IMG/VR virus record: IMGVR_UViG_3300028920_000002
Span: 96,001 to 160,000 of that record
From: a virus
Length of the DNA stretch: 64,000 bases
Reading direction: 5' to 3' (one strand)
The notes beneath the pieces are model-generated. The model saw nothing but the letters and a program-made list of their open reading frames with translations, was not told where the DNA came from and searched no databases. Both the position numbers and the translations under genes were made by a program. Shown in pieces: positions 26,462 to 35,656 of the stretch. How positions within the stretch are numbered: the first letter of the stretch is position 1; each line of letters starts with the position of its first letter.

Positions 26462-29400
26462 CTACACCCCCACCGAACTGTCCGCTGCAGTAGAGAAGCT
26501 GGTGCGTACTTCCATCCGTCGGGAGTACGGGGGCTTGGGAACCAGAAGAACGGATATCACCTTCTCGGACACTCAAGACGCAGCGGCCGGGGTGTTCACC
26601 CTCTACCAGAATGCCCCCTTCTATGTCCTCAAGCTGGGTAGGGACCGTGTACAAGAGCTCGTAGACACAGAGAAGGCCCTCATCGATGACTTCCTGGAGG
26701 CGGTTGTCGATGTGGGCCGTACTGTGACGCCCGTCTCCAACTTAGCCCCTCTTGCTAACGCTAGGAGTGCTCTACAAGCCCTTTCGTCGGCAACGGCAGA
26801 GCGCATCACACCCCTCGCACGCGTGGAGGACTCGGCTGCGTACAACCGTTTCGAGAGCAACACTACTCGCTTCCTGCGTGACTCGAGCAAGAACATCCGT
26901 AGCTCTGGTGCCATCGTACGGACCCCGCAAGAGTCCAAGAGCTTGCTCGCCGGCTACGTTTCTAGCCTCAAGTCTCAGCATGAAGCTCTGCTCCAGCGTG
27001 TGGGCTACCTGACTGGCGGGATTGACGAGTTCAACTCGATGAACCTGCCGGCGACGCTGAGCGCCAGCATCATCGCCAACGCCCAGTCCGTGCTCGCTGA
27101 GCACTACGATACCCTCGCCGACCTGACCGACGCCCAGCGACTGGCAAGGATGCGGGAGGTGACGCTGGATGTACTGGCAGCTCGAGCCGTGGTTCGTGGC
27201 TTCGGAGCGCTGCCTCCACTGACCACCTTCGTGGTGATGGAAGGCTTCGGCTCGCCCTATGCTGATGCCGACCACCCAGCTACTCCAGCCAGCCTCGCCT
27301 CCGACAAGTACGGTCCGTACATCATCGTGGAAGGGGGCAATCAGCTCTACTTCCAGGTGGACAGCTCTGAGAACATCAACGTCCAGGTCCCCGGCTCCTA
27401 TTCGGCGCAGGTGGCGTCGCAGCTAGTCGAGACCTATGATGTCGACACCGGCGGGGACTACCTCTACATCTTCTCCGAGGCGGATAGCGGGAGCTGGTTC
27501 TACGGCGTGAACGTCACGTTGAGTCATGGAAGCGCGCAGAGTGCCCAGGACATCGCTGACGACATCAACGGGGCGGTGACTACCGAACCCATCTTCGCCG
27601 AGCCATACAACCAGCGGGTGAAGTTCAGCGGGCCCGTCTACATCAAGAATCCCTCTGGGGCCAACGCCGACTTCGAGAAGGCGGTGGACCCGCCCGCCAC
27701 CACTGGGGACTGGGGCGACCTGACCTATCAGCCCGAGGCAGGAGACTACTTCTACGTCGACAGCAGCGTGGAGCCCAGCAACACTGGCTGGTGGGTCATC
27801 AACAACGTCACTGGCTTGCCTACCTCCTTCAACGCCGACCGGGTGGCGGGTGGCACCGTCGTGGAGGAGATAGCCCCGTTGACCGCTCCTAGCCTGGAGC
27901 TAGGACAAGATGCTCGGGGCGTGCTCATCCGCTTCACGGATGCGGTCATTCGAGACTCCATTGAGGAGCGGGCCAAGTTGAGGGTGAGCGGCAATGCGTG
28001 CGCCACGTTGGGCTACGCAGAGTCTGCCGTATTCACTTCTCAGCCTACTCCAGTAGCCGATGTGGTGAGGGCCCTGAACGACTCCTTCTCCATCGCACCT
28101 GTAGGCACGGCGAGGATGCGAGCAGACGTGGGGTACACGGCCAACGTCTACGACGGCACGATTCGTACTGTGCCTACGAATCCACTCAAGGTGGTGGCGA
28201 GTGTCGCCGAGGGTACGGGTGACCTCATCACCAACTCAGGCATTCACCGATTCAACAACCTGAGCTTCGCCGCAAGTGAGGCCACCATCTACAGAACCGT
28301 GTTGGTCGCCCGAGGTAGTACGCAGGAGGGCGTTGTAGACACCTGGGGAATCGTTGTGGGCGTGGGCGCTGACTACCTGGATGTGGACTGGCAGGGCCCA
28401 GACATTCCAGCGCTGGAGACTGGCATGCAGCTCGAGCTGGGGTGGCACCTGCGCTCCGGGTCTCAGCCAGCTATCAAGCACATCGTGATGGTCATCGAGG
28501 ATGATGGGTTGAACGACGGCACCTACCTCGAGTGTGAGGCAGAGCCACTCATACCTTCGTGCGAACTGACGCTGACCCGCCCGCTGCCGGTGCCCTACGA
28601 CCTGGGCTCTCAGCCGCTGAGGCACACAGGCTCGATGGGGCAGCAGCGTGCCGTCTTTGCCAGCACCAGCGTGTTGGCCGACAGCGCCATCGAGATGCAG
28701 AGTGGTGATGACGATGCCTACGACGAGTTCTTCAACCCCGCCACTCCCCTGCCGTCTGCTGTAGGCTCCACGCGTTTCTTCCAGACGCCAGAAGAGCCCA
28801 AGCAGGTGGAGCCAGATGACCTGCTCGAGCTCTACGATACGAACGCCATCACAGCGAGCTACATCTGCACCATCGACAACGTCGAGGTGGACGACTCATT
28901 GGTTCGAGTGGAGGAGGGCAGTGAGCTGGACCTGGACCTGGGCTCCTTTGACCTCGACCCGGACAACGGCATCCCGCTGGCCCGCATTCGCAAGGGTAGG
29001 CTGAACAACTTCACCGAGTTCGCCGACCAGGCAAACGATTGGGTAGAGCTGCCTGTCAACGAAACCGTGGCCTACTTCCGTGAGCTCAACCGGCTGGTGA
29101 ACGTCCTGGCGGTGAACGCCAATCCCACACCAGGGCAAATCAACACCGTGGTGGGCACCCTGCAGAGTCTCAGCAATACGCTGGACCAGCTCGAGCCCAT
29201 CTTGGCCATCTACGAAGCCGACACGGTGGAGCAGGTGGATGCCCTACTTGCCGCCTACAAAGAGAAGGGCTCGGACCGAGCTTCAGACATCTTGCTCGAA
29301 GGCAGGTTCAGGGACTTCTTCAACCTCAGCCAGGATGAGGTGAGCTACGCCGGCGCTGTGCAGGCAGGGGTCAAGGAAGTGATGCGCGCCGACCTACCCG

Positions 29401-29549
29401 TCAGGCGCTACGACCGTCCTCGAGATGGCTACATCGTCGCCGAGTACGAGGAGAAGGACTTCGAGTACGACTGGAGCGACGCCGAGGATGATTATGAGGA
29501 CGTGAGTGCTCCAGCTGAGGACGTCGTTTTCCCCCGCTCGGCCTTCTAG
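26454..29549 (+). CDS. Large acidic virion structural protein (tail/baseplate-associated)
   Basis: 1031 aa; helical ends around a beta-rich core; SAQDIADDINGA segment typical of sheath/baseplate accessory domains. Function is inference. Confidence 0.55.
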   Translation: MADYTPTELSAAVEKLVRTSIRREYGGLGTRRTDITFSDTQDAAAGVFTLYQNAPFYVLKLGRDRVQELVDTEKALIDDFLEAVVDVGRTVTPVSNLAPLANARSALQALSSATAERITPLARVEDSAAYNRFESNTTRFLRDSSKNIRSSGAIVRTPQESKSLLAGYVSSLKSQHEALLQRVGYLTGGIDEFNSMNLPATLSASIIANAQSVLAEHYDTLADLTDAQRLARMREVTLDVLAARAVVRGFGALPPLTTFVVMEGFGSPYADADHPATPASLASDKYGPYIIVEGGNQLYFQVDSSENINVQVPGSYSAQVASQLVETYDVDTGGDYLYIFSEADSGSWFYGVNVTLSHGSAQSAQDIADDINGAVTTEPIFAEPYNQRVKFSGPVYIKNPSGANADFEKAVDPPATTGDWGDLTYQPEAGDYFYVDSSVEPSNTGWWVINNVTGLPTSFNADRVAGGTVVEEIAPLTAPSLELGQDARGVLIRFTDAVIRDSIEERAKLRVSGNACATLGYAESAVFTSQPTPVADVVRALNDSFSIAPVGTARMRADVGYTANVYDGTIRTVPTNPLKVVASVAEGTGDLITNSGIHRFNNLSFAASEATIYRTVLVARGSTQEGVVDTWGIVVGVGADYLDVDWQGPDIPALETGMQLELGWHLRSGSQPAIKHIVMVIEDDGLNDGTYLECEAEPLIPSCELTLTRPLPVPYDLGSQPLRHTGSMGQQRAVFASTSVLADSAIEMQSGDDDAYDEFFNPATPLPSAVGSTRFFQTPEEPKQVEPDDLLELYDTNAITASYICTIDNVEVDDSLVRVEEGSELDLDLGSFDLDPDNGIPLARIRKGRLNNFTEFADQANDWVELPVNETVAYFRELNRLVNVLAVNANPTPGQINTVVGTLQSLSNTLDQLEPILAIYEADTVEQVDALLAAYKEKGSDRASDILLEGRFRDFFNLSQDEVSYAGAVQAGVKEVMRADLPVRRYDRPRDGYIVAEYEEKDFEYDWSDAEDDYEDVSAPAEDVVFPRSAF

Positions 29550-29681
29550 CTGGATAGCTAGTTGAGCGGAGACCAGAGCGATTATAGCTATAATTGGCTC
29601 TGTAAGAAGCCACCGGATCGTGGAGCCTGTTTTTACGGTATAAAGGCTGTGCGGTGAGGACACGCCGTGGATTGGAGCGCT

Positions 29682-30038
29682 ATGACGAACAGGCAAACAG
29701 AGGACAAGTATGAGTTCGACGTCGAGCTGAGCATCCCCGTACTGGAGCAGCTCTTGGAGATGGCCAAGGAGGCCAAGCGCGCCGGTACGATGCGGCGCAA
29801 CCGTAAGGGCGAGGAGGTCTTCCCGGTCTTCACCGTATCGACCGACCGTTCCTTCGGTCGCCACTGCCCGGGGCGCAAGGGCGTCTGCAAGTGCGGTGGC
29901 AAGTTCGCCTTCGTGGAAGACGTCGGCTGGCGCACGGTGGTGGAGTACACCGAAGTACGCACCCTCAAGGGTGTTGAAAAGCGAGTGTCTAGGGTCATGG
30001 TCCGCGACCAACCCTGCTGCAAGCTCTGTAGGAGGTAG
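29682..30038 (+). CDS. Basic hypothetical protein
   Basis: GGAG SD; promoter motif at 29640. Confidence 0.55.
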   Translation: MTNRQTEDKYEFDVELSIPVLEQLLEMAKEAKRAGTMRRNRKGEEVFPVFTVSTDRSFGRHCPGRKGVCKCGGKFAFVEDVGWRTVVEYTEVRTLKGVEKRVSRVMVRDQPCCKLCRR

Positions 30039-30040
30039 CC

Positions 30041-30358
30041 ATGTCGACGGTCTACGAGAACATTCCGGTCTACATGCCTCGCTACAAGTGGGTGATGCTG
30101 CGCTGCCTTCTCAAAGTAGCTGCAGACACCCTCTACGCTAGCGGTGACCACCTCATCGACGTGAGCACGCTCAGCGACGAGGAGCGTAGAGCTCTGGACG
30201 ACTCCATCAAGGAAGCGTTCGACGTAGAGGATGAACCGGTAGTACTGCTCAGGGCGCCGGATGAGCAGGACCCACTCTGTATGTACGAGATGGTAGAGCG
30301 CAGCCTGGCTTCTCAGTTGGGAGGAGACCCGTTGGAGGTGGGGCTAAAGCAAGGTTGA
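30041..30358 (+). CDS. Hypothetical protein
   Basis: GGAGG SD. Confidence 0.6.
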   Translation: MSTVYENIPVYMPRYKWVMLRCLLKVAADTLYASGDHLIDVSTLSDEERRALDDSIKEAFDVEDEPVVLLRAPDEQDPLCMYEMVERSLASQLGGDPLEVGLKQG

Positions 30359-30394
30359 GTTCAAAAACGGCAATCGTGCTGGTAGACTGAGCTG

Positions 30395-31228
30395 GTGAAC
30401 TACTCCAGCATGCGGGACGAGTTTTACAAGATTGCCAAGGAGAAGAAGCCGCCGGTGCCCGGTGAGCGAGATGTACTGCTGGGTACCGGTGGATGGCTTG
30501 GCTCTAAGGCCATGAAGGCGGTTGGCAGAAAGGGCAACGCCGCTCTCGTTGAAGAGCTCATGAACGAGACTCCCACCCCGTCAGACGTTCGCACCAGGCA
30601 AATCAACCTCTTCAAAAAGATGGTCGGTGGTTCCGGTGTGGACGTCTACGGCAAGCAGCTTACTGGTCACGGCCCAGCTGCCATCCAAGCTCTGAAGACT
30701 AAGCCGGCCATGCACATCGCCCCAGAGATGATTGGCATGCCGGGCATCATCGCTCATGAGCTCGGCCATGTTGACGTAGCCAAGGGTCGCATCGGCAAAT
30801 TCGTCGGGGGCCTTCCCGGTGTGCTTGGTGGGATGGCTGCAAGAAAGGTGTCTCCCTACACAGCACTAGCTGGCGGACTACTCACTGGAGCCAGCAAGGA
30901 AGAGGATGAAGGGAAGCGGCGTACCGGCACGGCGATGGCTGCGGCCCCTACTGTGTTGGGCCAAGGTCAACAGTTGGCCGATGAGGCCGGGGCAAGCTTG
31001 TACGGTCTGCGTCGTCTACGCCAAGCAGGGGCTACTCCGGCGGAGATGTCGGCAGCCCGCAAGCACATGACCAAGGCGTTCGGCACCTATGGCACCGCTG
31101 CGCTGGTACCTGCGGGTACTGCTCTTGGGCTGTACGGGATAGGTCGTGGCGCGGCAGGTATGGTGCGCAGGCGAGCACATCTGAATTCCAGAGCTAGAGA
31201 AGAAGCGCCCCCGGACGCTTCTTCCTAG
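30395..31228 (+). CDS. Putative zincin metallopeptidase with hydrophobic Gly-rich segments
   Basis: IIAHELGH (HExxH) plus a distal DEAGAS third-ligand-like motif; N-terminal SMRDEFYKIA. Confidence 0.65.
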   Translation: MNYSSMRDEFYKIAKEKKPPVPGERDVLLGTGGWLGSKAMKAVGRKGNAALVEELMNETPTPSDVRTRQINLFKKMVGGSGVDVYGKQLTGHGPAAIQALKTKPAMHIAPEMIGMPGIIAHELGHVDVAKGRIGKFVGGLPGVLGGMAARKVSPYTALAGGLLTGASKEEDEGKRRTGTAMAAAPTVLGQGQQLADEAGASLYGLRRLRQAGATPAEMSAARKHMTKAFGTYGTAALVPAGTALGLYGIGRGAAGMVRRRAHLNSRAREEAPPDASS

Positions 31229-31231
31229 CCC

Positions 31232-31648
31232 TCAGTTGTTCGGGCTGTGTGCCTTGGCGGCGTCCCCGACAACCTTCTCCTCTACTGGGCGAATGATGCG
31301 CTGAAGTAGGCCGCCCACCATTCGGCGAGCCTCCTCATCACGAACTGCCTCGTACGCCTCTACTGCCTCCTTGGTGAAGTTCGGGCAGCCGACCGTGAAC
31401 AGGGTGCGGGCAGCCTCGAGCAGTAGGGCCTCTGCCACCCTGTGCGCCGCCCAGGACATCGCCGCATCATGCGTCTCCTTGTCGTCGGTCTCGTCGTCCA
31501 CCATGTCCTCACAGTCCTCGACCATCTTCGAGAGCTGATTGCTCAGCGCAGTGCGGATGTGGACCCCGAGCTTGACGACGAACTCCTCGCTCGTCGCTTC
31601 GGTGAGTTTGCAGGTGGCGCAGTCACACTTCTTCTCTTCGTTGGACAT
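31232..31648 (-). CDS. Hypothetical protein
   Basis: AAAGGAGG SD; promoter motif at 31670. Confidence 0.6.
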   Translation of the reverse strand: MSNEEKKCDCATCKLTEATSEEFVVKLGVHIRTALSNQLSKMVEDCEDMVDDETDDKETHDAAMSWAAHRVAEALLLEAARTLFTVGCPNFTKEAVEAYEAVRDEEARRMVGGLLQRIIRPVEEKVVGDAAKAHSPNN

Positions 31649-31800
31649 ACTTCCTCCTTTCCACTGTTGTTATTCCTTACTTGTGCTCAAGTTGTTGTAG
31701 CAGTACATCGACTGGCCCGCTGTCCGCTTGACCTACACTTCGGCGTCCGTGTACAACCGTCTGGCTTGGTGGGAAGGTCTCTCTCGAAAGGAGCAGAGCT

Positions 31801-32406
31801 GTGGAGAACTTGTCGACGTTCGAGATGGGGTTGATTCTGGTGGCTGCCATCACCGTCATCCCGTTGGTGGTGTGGTGGACCAGGAAGATGGATGCTGTGC
31901 ACAAGGAGCGGCAGTCCGCTGCCATGGCAGAGCTCGAGGAGAAGGCAGCTGAGGTCCGTCAGCAGCAGATGCGCAAGGGCACCCACGACCAGTACGGCCA
32001 CCGCTTGTGTGTCACCTGCAATGACAAGATGACTCGAGCCACCCAGCCGGCGTTCGTGGTCAAACAGAGCGAGGGCTTCTGGGACTTGGTCAGGCGCCGA
32101 TTCGGAGCTCCAGCCCGCTACATCGTCACTCAGCTCAAGAAGGGCGACGATACCACTGACGTCTACTGTGACCAGTGTGCTGACCTGGTGCGCTTGGCGC
32201 ACGAGGACTACATCCTCCGTTACGAAAAGAAGGTCCGTGAGTTCAAGCGTGATGCTGCGGTAGAGCTCAGGCGTTGGCTCATTCATGGCTGCAATGACAC
32301 CGTGGCCCTGCTCATCGAGAAGCATGACGAGCGCATCAAGCAGACCGAGCCTCAGCCCAAGCGGGCTACGGTCGTGCCACTGAAGACCGACGCCAACGGA
32401 GGGTAG
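31801..32406 (+). CDS. Single-TM protein with CxxC pairs
   Basis: N-terminal TM helix; CVTC and CDQC. Confidence 0.6.
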   Translation: MENLSTFEMGLILVAAITVIPLVVWWTRKMDAVHKERQSAAMAELEEKAAEVRQQQMRKGTHDQYGHRLCVTCNDKMTRATQPAFVVKQSEGFWDLVRRRFGAPARYIVTQLKKGDDTTDVYCDQCADLVRLAHEDYILRYEKKVREFKRDAAVELRRWLIHGCNDTVALLIEKHDERIKQTEPQPKRATVVPLKTDANGG

Positions 32407-33051
32407 ATGCCCAAGCATCTGCTCATCCTGGTCGCACTGCTGTGCGCCCTGGGGGCCACTTTGCCTTCAGTGGTGTCCCAGGCCCGTGTCGTATCGACGA
32501 CCCGTATCGAGCGGGCGTGGAAGAAGACCTGCCCGCATCTCAACACGGCGCTGGCTAGGTCTTGGGCCAAGGTGCTGCAGAAGGAGGCGAAGAAGCGCTC
32601 CTTCTGTCCCTACACCGTCATCGCCATCGTCAAGCATGAGACTGGCGGAACGTGCAATCCCAGACTCGTCTACAACAATCTGCCTCGGGAGTATTCGGTG
32701 GGCCTGGGGCAGGTCAACGTCATACACCATCGAGATTGCAAAGCAGGAGGCATCCAGTCGCCGGGCTGCCAGGCATACATCGGAATGCTCATGGATGGAG
32801 GCTCCAACCTGCGGGTGGTGTCCTCACTCATCACGGCGAATCGGAAGTTCTGTAGAAAGAAGACGGGGAGGTCGGCTCTGTTTGCTCGGTGGTTGAGCTC
32901 CTATCAGGGGCTCAACAACAGCCGAGGGAGGAAGGGCGTATGGTGCAACATGCGGCAAGACAAGAACGGCCGCTGGAGCGACGTGAAGACCCCGTGGTCC
33001 ACGAAGAGAGTCATCGACTACCGTCGGTATCTCGTTCGGACCTTGGGCTAA
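32407..33051 (+). CDS. Lytic transglycosylase (SLT-like) with an N-terminal signal/anchor
   Basis: IAIVKHETGG..NP (catalytic Glu) and SVGLGQVN motifs; several Cys. Confidence 0.75.
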   Translation: MPKHLLILVALLCALGATLPSVVSQARVVSTTRIERAWKKTCPHLNTALARSWAKVLQKEAKKRSFCPYTVIAIVKHETGGTCNPRLVYNNLPREYSVGLGQVNVIHHRDCKAGGIQSPGCQAYIGMLMDGGSNLRVVSSLITANRKFCRKKTGRSALFARWLSSYQGLNNSRGRKGVWCNMRQDKNGRWSDVKTPWSTKRVIDYRRYLVRTLG

Positions 33052-33246
33052 GCGAATTCTACGTCGAGAGCGAAGCGAGGCGTGAAGAGGAGCGCCTCGA
33101 GTCGGAGTCCGTCGCCCGCGTCGTCACCACTTTCTTGGTCATCGCCCTGCTTGGATTGCTGGTCCTCGTGGCCATCATCAAGATAGCTACGGCGAGAGGG
33201 TTACGTGACGCTCGCCCAGTGGAGCTGTCTTCGCTACACTGTCTGC

Positions 33247-33684
33247 ATGAAGAATGGTCGGCGGCCCCGCTCCATTGCAGTGAAGAGCTTGATGCTGGGC
33301 TACCGACACACCGAGCCGGTGTCTCCGTACTGGCGTCCTGAGACGCGTGCTGACTGCAGCAGAGTTCCTCGTCCTTGCCCCTACGTCGGGTGCCAGTACA
33401 ACCTCTACCTGGACGTGCTTCGTAGTGGGTCGCTGAAGTACAACTTCCCGCATCTCGAACCCAGCCAGATGGTGGTGTCTTGCGTACTGGACATGGCAGA
33501 GGATGAGTGCGGCTGCACGTTGGAAGCGGTGGGCTCGGTGATGAACCTCACCAGAGAGCGGGTGAGGCAGATTGAAGCTCGAGCTCTGATGAAGCTGGAG
33601 CGGATGAACCCTCAGTTGAAAGAGTTCGTTCTGAACCGTCAGACTCCGTTAAGCCCCTCTGCTGAAGCGGCCGAGTCTGGATAA
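33247..33684 (+). CDS. Sigma-70 region-4 HTH protein with a Cys-rich N-terminus
   Basis: TLEAVGSVMNLTRERVRQIEARALMKL; RPETRADC..PRPCPYVGC..NLYLDV. Confidence 0.8.
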   Translation: MKNGRRPRSIAVKSLMLGYRHTEPVSPYWRPETRADCSRVPRPCPYVGCQYNLYLDVLRSGSLKYNFPHLEPSQMVVSCVLDMAEDECGCTLEAVGSVMNLTRERVRQIEARALMKLERMNPQLKEFVLNRQTPLSPSAEAAESG

Positions 33685-33986
33685 CGCCCTTGCTGAACAA
33701 GGGCCTTTCAGGGGTACCTCCGAAATCGGTGACCATACATGTATGTTCTCCAAATCCGCTCCTTGAATTGGTCGGACCAGGGCTGCAAATAGAAATCCAG
33801 CATCTTTTCCCACTTCACTACGAGCTCTCTCGTTTGTTGTTCTCCTTCGGAGAACTTCCCGCCGGCGACAGAAAAAGTTTAGACGCCCCAGCAAGGGCCC
33901 TTAACGACCCTCCCAGAACTTTTTCTTCAGCGCCGGAGAAGTGGAGCTAGCGAATGATGCGTCCAGAGACACACCACCCGCTGCCC

Positions 33987-34757
33987 TCAGTCGACCGCCA
34001 GGCAGATGGCCTTGGCAGTCGCCAACACGTAGCCGCTTGCGCCGACTGAGCAGACCCAACCCTGAGCGGAGGCGTTGCCGCTGTCGATGTCCGACTGCGT
34101 GAGCGGGTAGCTCGTGCGTACGATGCCTCCTTGTCCAGCGTTGGTTAGGCACCCGCCGGTCAGCACGATGTCCCCAGCGTCACAGTAGACGAACAGGTTA
34201 GTCGTGTCATTTGAGACACCGGCGCTGTCGCTGCGCTCGTACAGCATGCTGGGGTCCACGACCCCGTCAGCGCCATCCACTCCTGGGGCTCCCGGAACGC
34301 CGGTGGCGCCACGCTCTCCTGGAACCCCCTGAGCGCCGGTGGCTCCGACAGGGCCAGCCGGACCGACTGACCCCGTCTCTCCACGCTCACCCCTTTCACC
34401 GGCAGGGCCGGCCGGGCCCTCGCTCCCCGAGGGGACGACAACGCTCTGGTCGCCACATGTGACGAGGGCGCCCGCTGGGTCGGGCTGGACGGTGCACGAC
34501 GCCCCCGGCTCTCCCGCTGGCCCCGGCTCGCCAGGAGGCGCCGCCGGACACTCGAGCGTACAGGCCGCTGCGATTTCGTCGGGGGTGAGGTCCTGCAGCT
34601 CGGTGTAGCCGGTAGTCCCCGCAGACCCCGTAGCAGTTGGGTCCGGTGCAGGAGCAGGAGTACCGGACGACGGTAAAGGGCCGTAGCTCCCGTCGTTCGA
34701 GCAGCCCGCCAGGGCGAGCAGGGTTGCGACGATGAGGCCCAGCTTGTGCGTGGTCAT
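33987..34757 (-). CDS. Collagen-like lipoprotein
   Basis: Lipobox LAGC; about 19 contiguous Gly-X-Y triplets plus a short run; C-terminal Cys-containing beta domain. Confidence 0.8.
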   Translation of the reverse strand: MTTHKLGLIVATLLALAGCSNDGSYGPLPSSGTPAPAPDPTATGSAGTTGYTELQDLTPDEIAAACTLECPAAPPGEPGPAGEPGASCTVQPDPAGALVTCGDQSVVVPSGSEGPAGPAGERGERGETGSVGPAGPVGATGAQGVPGERGATGVPGAPGVDGADGVVDPSMLYERSDSAGVSNDTTNLFVYCDAGDIVLTGGCLTNAGQGGIVRTSYPLTQSDIDSGNASAQGWVCSVGASGYVLATAKAICLAVD

Positions 34758-34983
34758 GATGTCACCTCGTGATTGTAGTACCAATGCTGCGTGCGAGCAC
34801 GTCAGCTTTTACTCTTTCCACTACTGTTATCCCCGAACGCCTCTCTGAATTGAGGGCTACGACGGCGGCCCCGAAGGGCCGTGGGAGTCGAACCCAGTAA
34901 CAACGGCCATCTCCGTCACCACTACTTTTATCCCCGAAACGGTATAAGGATTGTGGACACCTTGTAGGGTTGAAGGAGGACGG

Positions 34984-35205
34984 ATGGACAAGCCACTCTG
35001 GCGCTGCATTGGCGTCTTGAACGAGTCCACGGATTCGGTGGGCAAATCCCTCGAACGAGCGCTCAACAGGCTCGAGGATGAGGGCTACGATGTACGTGAC
35101 CCTCTGCCCATCGGCGAGACCGGTCACTTCTTGGTGTACGGTAGGGTGCTACAGAAGACGAGGAGGAAACGTGGGGACAGTATGCCACCTTCCAGTCGCG
35201 GATAG
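34984..35205 (+). CDS. Small hypothetical protein
   Basis: GGAGG SD; promoter motif at 34944. Confidence 0.55.
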   Translation: MDKPLWRCIGVLNESTDSVGKSLERALNRLEDEGYDVRDPLPIGETGHFLVYGRVLQKTRRKRGDSMPPSSRG

Positions 35206-35656
35206 ACCGAAGTCGAGGACCCTGCGCCTGCACTTCACGGCCACAGACGCCGAGCTTCGGGATATCCTCATCTACATCTCAGAGCTGCTATCAGAAGAAG
35301 TGGGCCCGCACGCCATGAGCGAAGAGGTCAGCGACCTACTTGAAAGAGACGCTGACTCAGCCAGCTGATGCCTTCTTGCTTGTAGAACTGAGCTGAGCTA
35401 CATCGAGGTTGTTCACCCCCATGAGGGGCCTGGTCAATTCAGCAGTGAGAAAAAGCCTCCCGCCTGCTTCGGCACGCGCAAGTGCTTGGGCGAAGACAGT
35501 GTGGCTGAGCGCTGTCGGGGTTGCGCAGCCCCAGTCCTGTCGGCATTTGTGAGCACTGCTCACACCCGTCGATTAACTCGCTTGGCCAGTCCCACTCATG
35601 GGGGTGAGCAAAGCCTTCTGCTCTTCCGGGATAAAAGCCGTGGACAGGAGGACACC

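Noticed and set aside
34230-34530. Tandem DNA repeats as a mobile or regulatory element
   Set aside because: Explained by Gly-X-Y codons of the collagen-like gene.
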